From Lingula anatina (lineage: Eukaryota; Animalia; Brachiopoda), in NCBI GenBank assembly GCA_051362555.1, contig CM120641.1, forward strand, positions 24,868,401-24,932,400: DNA of 64,000 bases, given 5' to 3'. Under the pieces are notes generated by a model, which ran no database searches, was not told the DNA's origin, and saw only the letters and a program-made list of their open reading frames with translations. Both the position numbers and the translations under genes were made by a program. The stretch's first letter is position 1; each line of letters opens with the position of its first letter. Below are positions 1 through 11,453 of the stretch, one piece after another.

Positions 1-1644
1 TCTTCATAATTGCAGTCTTTTCATCAACTCAGGTGCTAATAACACAGGTTTCCACTGTCTTCATAATAATAATATTAATGCTACATAGATTTGCTTGAGG
101 TCGTTAGAGTAGTTGCTTGAGATAGGGGTATGAATATAGTGTGTGGGGAATTGTTTCTTATTATTGGTTTAAAAGTGCAAGTTTAAAAGGTAGAATGCTT
201 TGTATCTAGTGATTTAACCTAGGGGAAATAATTTAAATCCCATAGGAGAGTTAAAGCATTTTGTTAGTGTACAAAGGTCCTTGCGTTATTGTTTTCAAGT
301 TCACCTGTCTGTATAGCTAAGTTAAAAATTATGCTAAAGTCAGGTGGCAATTCATCAAATGATAACTGTTGAAAATTTACTTGTTAAAATTGTAGATTAT
401 TTTTTCATTAAATAAAACCAGCAAGAAAATTTAGTTTCATTGTGTCATGTCTATTTAATGATCAATAATTTGGTTAACATGATAGTTTGTGTTATCTGCA
501 ATTTATGTTAAAATGCAAAGCATTTTCATAATTTCTTGAGTACCAGCTGTAACATTTACACTTTGCATGCTCTTTTAACTAAAATGTATCCATAAAGTAT
601 ATGCATACAAAACAAAATAAGGATCTCTGTAGAATAATAATTGAAAAGATCTATATTAGGACCCCCAATTTCTGTGGCAGGCTATACAGTAAGGCCACAA
701 GAAATGTGCCTGTCTTCACAGTTGTGGGTTGAGCAACTTGTGGAATATGTCACCGGTGTATTACTTATCTTTTAAAGTCAAATTTGTTCCACAAAATCTG
801 ACCAAATATCACCATATAGTTTTTAATGATATAACTCCGAGAAATACCAAAGGACATCGTTTTGTCTTTCCCAAAATATGATACTTGAATGGCTGCTCTC
901 TTTCTGTGTTATAAATATCCCTTATCATTTGAATAAGTACGCAATTGCACTCGCAGCTATACTTCCATACACAGGAGTAAGAGTGGTGATTATGCAATGT
1001 GCCCACGGTACTATGTCATTCAGCAGACCTTTATGAACTGAAGGGCCAAACGAATGGGTCAATTTACTACCAGAAATTTGAAGAAGGTGCAGTTTTAAAG
1101 CAATTTTTGGCTGATTAAGAGATTGGGTTTATGACTTGGCATGTTGACTTCATTTTAGTTGTATAAGAGGCTATTAGAAGTGGTGCATATGTGTTATTGG
1201 AAATCCATGCTAACTTCATATGTATCTTTGATGTATGGCTACCAGATAAACGGCCTTCTTCAAAAAACTTAAATCCTATTGGAAATTGTTCATATAATGC
1301 CTCAACTATAATTGCATTCTGTGAATGAATTCTAAAATGGGATCATGTGCTCCTAATGATCTGTTTTTAGACTGTATGCTAGTATTAGCTTTTCATTGGG
1401 CCTTCAAGTAAGAAATGAGTCATGTAACACTGAACACAATTTTATACAAAAACGTTTATTTATAATTGAATATTTTTCAACATCTCCACATTAAAATAAA
1501 GTTACATTTGTTGGTATCACTGTAAACTTAAAGTTTACTTTTTTTATTTTTTAATAGTTCTTTTTGAATTCTTTCAATGTCCAAACATCATCCATCTTAG
1601 GGCAAACATCTGGGTCTTCACCACAATGACCACCTAACTGACCA

Positions 1645-4600
1645 CTACTGGTCTTCATCATGCATCATCTTGGACCCCAGTGCCACAGTGACCTTCCTCA
1701 GGGCTGGCTGGACATGAGGGAACTCCTGGTTCAACCTGTCCACTATGGCAGACAGGGCATACAGCCTCTCCTTTTGTTTCTCCAGCTCGCTGTCCAAGGC
1801 GGCGTCACTCTTACATATCCTGGTGTACTTTCCGTCCTTGGCCTGCTGGTAGTACTTGGCTCTCTGCTGCTTGGACAGCAGCTCACTCAAGTTCTGGAAT
1901 GAAGAAAAAAATTAATGTTTTATTCTAACACACGTGATACATCTCAAACCAGAACACCACATAAGATGTTTTTAGGCCAGAATATATGATTTTAGCAGCT
2001 TCAATCAGTGTTTAACCATGGCATTTTCTTTTCCCTTGGTCTACATTTGAGACTTCTTTCTGTACAGTTTTCATTTACAAGCACTGAAATAAAGTGGCGT
2101 GATTGAGAAATCATATTTAAACAATCTCTACAAAGAATCCAAACTGAAGCAAACAAACAAACAATTTTTCACCTTCTGTTTCTGTTCATAGAGTCTTTCT
2201 ACATCCACATCCAGTTCGTCTGCTTTGCCTTGTAGTTGTTGGCAGTTGGTCTGTCTGTCCTCCAACTGCTGGCTTAACTGCTGCTGGTGTTCACGCAGCT
2301 GGCGTATCTCCTGGTCACAGCCACTCGCATCCTGGAATTATGGGAATTGGAGAGATATATGTGGCAGAAAATATATTAGCACATTATAATTAATTTTACA
2401 TTTTATAACTTACCTCAACAAATAATTAGAGAAAATGTAGATACATCAATTGAAGAATAAAATAAAAAAAAAGAAGAAGGACGAAAAATTGACCATAAAG
2501 CTATTATGTGGAATGTATTTCATATTGCAAAACTTTACCTGCACAGTTTGTTTGATTTTCTTCCTCAGTTCTGCCAGCTGTCTCTGAAATGTTCCTTTGG
2601 TCAGAACTTTTTTGTGCATCTTACTCTGAGCATCACCTCTGGTTACGATGGTGTCACGCCTGGAATAGAAAGTTATTTCAAAATTTGATGTATTATTTTG
2701 ATAGCCAGTCTCCATCAAGGATCTCTACCATGCATGTTTTTTTTTTAAATTATTTATATCAATTGACATAAATTGAATGCATTTTTGAAAGATAAAAAAA
2801 AAAAAAAAAACTTTACACGTTGATTTTTGATAACTGCTATAAATAAAAATTTTCCCCAAAAACATTGCTCTAAGGTCCTACCTTCTTTTTCCAACAGAGC
2901 ACAACCTAAAAAAAACCCACTCCAGATTTGAACACACAAACTGACATAATTCCAAAAGAAAAACTCCTGGACACCTACCTGGACACAGCTTTCTCCATTT
3001 CCTGGATCATCTTCTCCTGTTGCTTCATCAGCTGTGTGTAGCGGACCTGCATGCGGTGGATCTCGGCCTTCATTGCACGTATCTCCCCCTGACCCACCTC
3101 CGAGTCCACGGCAGCTCGGGTCTCCTTGGCCAACTGGGCCTTCTTCTCCCACAACATTATCTGACGCCTGGATGGAGAGGTTACATGTCATCAATAGTTA
3201 TTAATTATTTCCCTTTAATATTTATAGATGATATGTCAATGTGAAAATACAACATTCAAATTAATTTAGTAAGAAATTACTTTATTTCAGTCAATTGAAC
3301 TTATTTGCATTTTTACATAGAGAATGTATGTTGTGTGAGTCATATAGAGGCAATAAATCAAGTCATGTAATACAAAGTCACACATCAGATTAGTGGATTA
3401 AAATTCAATTCTATGTCATATGATAAAGAAAGAAAAAAATTTAAAAAAAGAAATAACTTAGATTGAAGAAGTACTCACTCTGCTTCCACCAGGGAATTGA
3501 GCAGTCTTTCCTTTTCCTCTTTCAATGCATCCAGTTTGGACTGCATCTGTATGGAGTTCATCTCTGATTCCTGGAAATCAAATATATAATAATGAGAATC
3601 TCCCCTTACACTTATTGAATTAGTCCAAATATATCTACCTTCAAATTTAAATTCATTTGTGCAAATGTATTCAATGTATTCAAATTCTATGACTTAAATA
3701 CTAAGATGACCGAGAGTCTTACACCCTGCTAGTTTCACTGGTTTGAAGGGCTTCAAATATCTGAATTCAGTGCACAACAGACAGCCTTCCTACCTTGAGC
3801 TGCAGAATGAAATCCGTCTCCATCAGAGCATTACTCTGGTGCAGTTGTTCTTCCATTCCTTTCTCCTTGTGGAGCAACATATTCAGTTTCAACATGTCAT
3901 TGTGCATGTTGCTGACATCTTTCTCAATCTCACCAATGTCTCGTCTCTCTTGCTCAATTTCACCTGCAATTTCAAAATGACATGTTTACCTCTAACCATA
4001 AGATACAAAGAAAAGCATTTCAAGCTTAAATTTTGTCAATAATACAGTATCAAATATACAAAATCACTAAAATTTCAAGTTAATTTAAACGACAAAATTC
4101 TGTTTTACAACTCAAACAACAGGTTACTATTCTAACAATAAAAATTAAAAACACTTCTTCCAACCAAAAAATCTAAACAACAGTAATATGACCCTTGTTG
4201 TCTCATGCTCCAAAGGAAAATAATTCACTAAATTTGGTGATAGAGATTACCTGACAGACACTTCTATTGTGGAGTACATAGCTCTATCTCTAGCTGTCTA
4301 TTAAAAAAAAAACTATCAAAAGAACTGATCATCCAAGCTGCCCTGATGACTTACTTTCAATCCTCATCTTCTTCTGTGTCAGGATGACCAGCTGTTTTTT
4401 CCTGGTCTCCACATCCAAGGACTGTTCCTCTCTCTCCCTGGTCAGTCTGACCAGCTCACTCTGCTGCCTCAGCCACATCTGCTGCAACTCTGCTATCTCC
4501 TGCTGCTGGGCATCTATGGACTTGAGCAGAGAGTTGATCTGGATCTCCAAGGGACCAAGCTCAACACCCTGGAAGGTGAGATACAGATGGTTAATAGAAA

Positions 4601-6586
4601 TTTCTAACTCCTTGACTGGTCACTGCATGTTTAATTTTTGTGCTAATTCTTTTTCTTAAAAATGTGATATTTTGTTTCTGAAACCTGAAATCAATCATAA
4701 AAATTCTAGTCATAATAATCAAATGTCAAATGTTAAAAAAAGGTAAATAATTTGAATAATGAATATTTAACATTTTCAATAATCTGACTCCACCTACCCC
4801 AGCACTAGAAATGAGCACTTCAAGCTTCTTGTTATATTGATCTATCAGGTTCTGTTTCCTCTCGATGATGGCGTTTCTCTTTATCATTTCATTCTCGCTC
4901 CTGGAGATTATTGCGTTCTTCTGCCGAATATTCTCATTCAGATCGTCCATGATATGTTTGAGGTTTTCTATTCTGGTGTTCACATTGGAGAGTTCCAGAC
5001 CATCACGAGCTATCTGGTTCTCTACTTCTGCTGACTGGGCTTCCTGTTGACAAAAGAAATGAATGATACTTATTCACTAACTATAAAAATTAATTCATCA
5101 ATGATCTATGATAATGTTCACCTCATATATGAGAACTTAAAGCAATAAAATTAATGAAAATGATAGACAATAACAATAATAACAATTTGACAATGATAAA
5201 AAGACAATTAATAGTAATAATTACAACAAAAATCAAGATTTTTTTTCTAAATGAATAAAAAATGACTTGACTAAACTTAATTCATATACTAATAAAACAT
5301 GATACAGAGAATTGTATGTGCGAAAAACCTACTTCAAAAATATATAAATTGAATACTCTTTAATGATCTTATTCAGTAATGCATCTTGGTAGATGTTACC
5401 TACTCAGTCTTTTATTTCCTTACCAGTTCTTTTGTCCTGTCCCTCAGTTTCCCTGTAAGCTTCTCTGTGTATTGAGAAGCCTTGTCCATGGTGAGCTGCT
5501 GTCTCATCATTTCCATGATTTCATCTTCCAGTCGCACCTTCTCCAGGTACTCACGCTCTATCTGCTTCCTCAGAGCATTCAACTCATTCAGCTTAGTTTG
5601 TTTTTCCTGAGAAATATTAATAAAATAAATTAATTAGTCAAATAATAATGACAAAAATAATCATTGTAATTAAAGCTGTGATTACTGTAATGTCATAATA
5701 TCAGCCAAAATACCAGATATATTCTGATTTAACAAAGTAAGTGTAAAATATTTGTATATTGCCAAATTTATCAAATTTCATCCCAGAGTCAGCCCAATAA
5801 AGCCCCCTTGCTTGTTAATGTATTTTACCATTTTAACATCCAGGAACTTTTTACATTCTATTCATGCAGATCTCGTATCAGAATTGTGTCAATTGCAATT
5901 CAACTCACAGCATTAGCTCTGTTCAAGGCTTGCTCTGTCTCATGTAACATCCTGGTATATGTGGCATACTCAGACTTCAGTGCCTCATGTTTCTGCTGGC
6001 AAACAGCCATCTGCTTCCTCAAGGTGGCAATGTCTATCTCAGCTTTGTTCAAAATAAGTGTCAGCTTTTCATTCTGCTCCTGCTCTTTAAATATAGACTT
6101 CTTGTAGCCTTCAATTTCTGTTTCCAGGGAAAGAATTCTTTGCTCTTGTTGACTGTAATGAAAATAGATACGTATTAAGTTTTGTCCTGCAAGACTGCAA
6201 CACAGTATTACATACCCCAGTACAACAAAACAGATATTTGTTCTGATGTGTTCAATCTCTCGTAGCAAACTGGTAAACAATAGATCAAGATAACAAGTGG
6301 ATATTTTAGCATTCTACATATATACATATACACATTTCTGAGCTTTTCTGACTGGTCAACTATTCAATGTTATTGATCGATAAAGTTCTATAAGTTATAG
6401 TCTTACTTCAAGGCTTCCATCATTGCAGCATGCGCCTCATCTCTTCTCCTCATACCAATCAAACTGCTGTTCCACTGCTGCAACAACTGTTTCTTCTCCA
6501 TGTTGATTGCCTAAATCAGATGAAAAGCACCACTGAAGATTGTTATAATATCCCCACTATTTCTCTCCCTATCTCTTTAATCACCC

Positions 6587-6630
<44 letters not shown>

Positions 6631-9600
6631 CACTTACTCAAGTTCTACAAAACATTCATTGAGCAGAATCAGTTCACAAGTCTTACATCATATCTTTCAT
6701 CATTGCACCAACTTTCCCTTCCCCAATTTACCTCACTGTACACTATTACTACCATCCATAACTTTCATGTTTACCACAGCCTCACCTCAATCTCCATGTG
6801 TGCCTCTGTCAGTGCCTCCCTGGCAGCCTTGGTCTCCTCTGACTGGGCAGATATCTGAGCCTCATACATTGCAATCTCCTCTTTTAGTTTGTCCACTCTC
6901 TCTACAAGCCTGTCCACAAACAGATCCTACAGGGAAAAAAAGAGATCTCTCAACATTATACATATCACAAATACTGTGCAATTTATCACTTCAAAATAGT
7001 TTTTCCTATCAAAGCTTTAAAAGGCTATAATGAATTTTTGCAACATAAGAAATAAAAGTCTCTCTCATATCAGGGGTGGATTAAGGCTGTCTTCTGGGTC
7101 TTCCAGAAGACGGTCAGATTTTCAAGTTTACATTGACGGGTATCGATTTTTTCTGTCGGAAGACGGTCAAAAATGGAGGATGGGTCAACAAAGTTACTTT
7201 GGAAGACTGTCAGAAAATATCTCTGAATCCGCCCCTGCATATTTTATCACAACAATCGTACCTGCTTTTGCTTAAGCGCTTCTGACTTGGAGACTTCAGA
7301 GTCTGCTTTCTCTGCAGCCCTCCTCATCACTGCTATGTCAGACCTGACATCCTCCTTGGCATTCTCCATGTAGAAGATCCTCAATGCCAGATGCTCCACC
7401 TCACTCTGCAGCTCAGCATCTGGAGAAGTAGACAAGACAATATATAATACTTTTATGGTATTTGATGGTTTATCCGGGATCATGTTAGGAAAACAAAATA
7501 TAACCAAACACTGAACATACTTGGCTATATACAAATATAAAATATTCTGCTGTTTTATACCTCATTTACCATTGATTTTGTTTACACATATGAAATGGCA
7601 AATTTGTCAAATCATTTTCCTAAAAGGAATTTTATCCAAAATTGAGCTCAGTTGATGAAATATTTCCAAAATACATATCTTGTTCTATAGAACATGTATA
7701 TTAAAGTAATTTCATCAAAGGGTCAGCCCAATTGAAGGAATATTCCCTAAATATATTACTTTCCAGTTCTTGCTTATAAAATAAATTGGCAATTTTATGA
7801 ATAACAAAGATTTTTTTTATCTATTATCTATACTTGACAAGCAAAAAAAGAGTACATTTTTAAGGAAACCATAAACTAATTTCAGTGTATGATACTTTTA
7901 AGCAGTTGATCACCACAAAACTCACTCTTCTTTTTATCCTTGTTGACAGTTAACTGTGTTTCCTTGTACATGTCCCGTATGTCTCCCAGGTTCTGTTCTG
8001 CCTGGGTTCTCTCGTTGCTGAGCGTGGCAAACTCATCATGTTTCTTCTCTAGCATCATCTGATGCCTGGCTAGTTCCTGCTGTACACCATATAACTCCAC
8101 ACCAATGTCTTCTCTGGTCTTTCTTTTATCTTTAAGGGCTTCAGTCTGAAAAATGGCAAAGTCTTAGTGAGAATTGAAATAAACAAGAAAAGCAGTGAGA
8201 ACATTAACTTCAAGTGTTGTCAATCACTGCCAAAGAGCTGCAAATTTTATCATACTTTAAGACATGGTCAATGTTCCAAGCAATAAACTGCTGACTGAAG
8301 TAAAACAACATCTTAGCAAATTTGGCACTCCAAGATAAATTGTCAAATGACAGATAAATATACTTACCAATTCTCTGAGCTCCAATGTCACTTTTTCATC
8401 CTGTTTCAGCAGGTGAGATTTCAAGGCAGTTTGGAATCTTTTCATCAAAGGCTAAAAGTGAAAAACGTCAACTATTCAGCAATGTGCATCATAAAAACCA
8501 TCAACATTAAATCGCTTATTGCTTGACTTCAGTAAAAAAAAATGTTTAAAACCCTCATTATTCTAGTTTTTTTAAAAGTCAATGAATATGTGAGCACTGT
8601 TTTCTCTACTATCCTTATCCTGTCGTCATGCATATTAAAAAGAAGGGCAAGATGATTGATGACTCACATGGTCGGGATCCAGGACGACCATCTCCCCCTC
8701 TCCATCACTCCCATCATCACTCTCTCCTCCAACAGCTACAGGTCCAACTCCACCCTCTTCTTCTTCCTCCTCATCATCCTCATCATCTCCTCCATCTCCA
8801 CCATCATCCCCATCATCTCCACCGCCCCCACCGCCTCCACCAGTCAGGGCACCTGCGCCAGTGCCACCAAAGTCAAAGTTCAGCAAGTCATCATTCTGGG
8901 GTTCATCTGGTGGTGGAAAGTCTGGAGGACACAGAATACAATGAACTAAATGATCCAGTGCTGCCTAAAAGGTCAGATATTCTACTTATAAAATGTCTTG
9001 AAGCAAATACATTATTCTCCAAGCTGAAACACTTTTTGTGACTGAAACCAACATATGAATATGTACTATTAAAAAAAAAAAAAGAAAAAAAAAATGATCA
9101 CATTTTTTTTTACTAAAAGAGAGGCAATAACTTACCAGGTACAAAATCTTCTCCTGCCCCAGTGCCCTGCTCCGCTGGCTGTGGAGGTACATCAGCAGCA
9201 TCATCAGGTCCTCTTTCTTGACCTGCTCCCTCTGGAACAGCTTCGTCTGGCTTGCTGGCAGATGCCGGTTTTCCAGAACCAGGTCTACCTGAACCAGGTC
9301 TGCCTGAGCCAGGTCTGCCAGAAGCTGGTCTGTCTGAACCAGCTTTACCAGAACCTGGCCTGTCTGAACCAGCTTTGCCAGAACCAGGCCTTTCTGAACC
9401 AGCCTTACCAGAACCAGGTCTTTCTGAACCAGCTTTGCCAGAACCAGGTCTAGAGCCCTGCTGAGAAAGCCTCTCAGCCACAGACCCTTTGCCACTGGCA
9501 GGTCTGTCCTTTCCAGCAGAGCCACCTGAACCTGTGCGACTGGGAGGCTTCTGTGTAGCGGATCCTGTTCGAGAACCTGTGTAGAAACAGATGTATAGCC

Positions 9601-11313
9601 ATGAAAATTATAGTCAAAATCCTGAAACCCCCGAGTAGTAATTTATCGAATGGGAATCAGCAACTTTCTTAATAACAACAATACCTTCTATATAAAAATA
9701 AATGAAACAACAACAAACAAAAAAAAATTATAATAATAATGGAATGTAGAAATATTTAATGGATTCTACCTGGTTTTCCTGAGCCTGGTCTGGATCCTGA
9801 CTTGGCCGATATGGGCCTGGAGGGTGGTTTCTCTACTGCTGCTGGCTGCTCACCCTCTGCTGCATCCTCTGTACCATCTCCTGGTGCAGGCTCTGCCTCA
9901 GCATCTGCACCTTCTCCCTCAGCTAGTTGTTCAGGTGTTAGTGGACCAGTTTCAAACTGAAATTAAGTCCATTAACTTTAAAATATTAGTCATACCATGG
10001 TGGAGCTTTAATGAATTACAACTGCATAAATAGGTAGGAAGGTTAAATAAATTTTAAAGAATCATTCAAGTACTGAAGTAGTGCTGGTGGGGATTTCATA
10101 ACAGAAAAAAGGGTTGAGCAACTAAAACATTTATTGAAATAATGGGGTTTCTATACACCTTAAAAACAAACTATTTTATTTCCCGAACATTCTAAACATA
10201 TCTGACAACATTAACAATGCTTATATCTATTTCCTACCTCTTGCAGAGCTTTTACTGTCACTTGTGATACAACTTCACCAACACTACAAAATAAAAACAT
10301 ATTATAATCATGGTGCTTAGAACTATTCCATCATTAACATGCAGATAAGAAAAAGAGTAGCAAGTTGTTCAATAAATTCTTTGTGACATGCATTTGGGCA
10401 AAACAGAGAAAGCTGGAAATTCCACATGAAAATTATCAGTAAAAACAAAAACTTGAAGAACATATTCAATACACACACAAACTATTCTGAAATCAATATT
10501 CCATGTCAAGTTTGAATTGTTTGTGATACCATATACAATAGATGAAGTCGTTACAGGTACATTTACTGAAGATGAGCAGGGAAAAACTGAGAGTCCCAAA
10601 AATACCCACACCCATCACTGCATTATTATTTTTCACGTAATTCAATAAATATCACAGGCAAAAGGGGTTTAAAAATCACAGTGGCATGCTCTCTTTACTC
10701 TACCTGCTCCTACTACGTTCCAAAGGTGGTCTGGGGAAGCTATTGAAACTAAATGAAGACAAATGTATTGGTACTACCCCCGAGTAGACATGTGTGTTAA
10801 CATTAAAGTTTGCTTCTTTTTGATAATAGGGTTTATTTTCTTATATTCTTTTGGTGAATATTTATTACATGTACTCTTATAATTACACTGTACCACTTTA
10901 TTACTGCCAGTACTGGTATCATTAATGAAAATCATTTCAACACATTTATTCATTAGTCTAAATTTGGTATTGGTCATTTGAGCAACAATAACAACAGTAA
11001 CTTAGCATAGCCTCCTGTAAGCTGGTGTACATTTATGTTGTAGTAACTTACGAGCTGCGACGTTTAAAGTCAAAAGAGACGATCGAAATTATTTTTGGTT
11101 ATTATTAAATTTACATTTAACGCATCTGATCCATACAAAAACAATGTTTATTCCCGTAAATAGCTATCCAAAGGCTTAATTTTGCCCCTTAACTAATGCT
11201 TAATATTAGCTGAAAAAATAAAGAGATTTTTCATTTCTTAAAAGAATTTCTTGCCATGCATTTTTCTTATTTAATGGAGAAAACGTAAACACTCACTTTT
11301 CTTCGTCCGCCAT
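1645..11313 (-). CDS. CCDC40: Coiled-coil domain-containing protein 40 (axonemal 96-nm ruler), ~21 coding exons
   Basis: Phase-checked 5' exons: 11297-11313 (MADEE), 10704-10748, 10238-10283, 9770-9956, 9136-9576, 8668-8921, 8368-8451. Approximate downstream exons: 7926-8144, 7262-7418, 6786-6926, 6415-6509, 5907-6151, 5422-5606, 4797-5043, 4355-4568, 3794-3963, 3478-3570, 2978-3160, 2533-2659, 2173-2331, 1645-1893 (TAG at 1645-1647). Family motifs: [68 protein letters not shown]. Confidence 0.93.
6590..6627. repeat. (CT)n microsatellite
   Basis: About 18 CT units in a CCDC40 intron. Confidence 0.95.
7071..7237. mobile_element. Small MITE with CAGGGG(T/C)GGATT termini (hAT-like)
   Basis: Starts caggggtggatt and ends aatccgcccctg (11/12 inverted match). 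Flanked by the direct repeat catat on both sides. Internal gaagacgg sub-repeats. Confidence 0.7.
9270..9455 (-). repeat. Coding 15/30-bp tandem repeat ([10 protein letters not shown] pentapeptides) in the CCDC40 N-terminus
   Basis: Repeats of ccagaaccaggtct / tctgaaccagcttt lie inside exon 9136-9576 and encode RPGSGKAGS(E/D) x4 followed by [10 protein letters not shown] units. Confidence 0.9.
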
Positions 11314-11453
11314 GGTGTTTTGTTGCTATAACAGCAGCTTGTAGGGGGATTGTGGGAAGGCGAAATTACACTGGCCAACCAATAAGAAACGTCCTAACAA
11401 ACAGTTGTGTCTGAGCGCCGGAAGCGGAAATGAAATATGGCGACCAAAACAAG
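11314..11453. promoter_or_regulatory. Compact bidirectional promoter of CCDC40/TBC1D16
   Basis: CpG-containing patch with an RFX X-box-like gttgctataacagc (11322-11335), a ZNF143-like ttcccacaatcc on the - strand (~11347-11358), CCAAT (11379), tandem ETS ccggaagcggaa (11418-11429), YY1-like aatatggcg (11434-11442), and a + strand donor aag|gtgggt at 11453/11454. Confidence 0.75.

Noticed and set aside
8628-9041. His-rich 137-aa + strand ORF
   Set aside because: Reverse complement of the Gly/Asp/Glu-rich CCDC40 exon.
8986-9525. Repetitive ORFs in alternative frames (LVQKDLVL.., [10 protein letters not shown].., NQLCQNQ..)
   Set aside because: Frame and strand shadows of the CCDC40 minisatellite exon. 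Only the GSGRP frame splices in phase.
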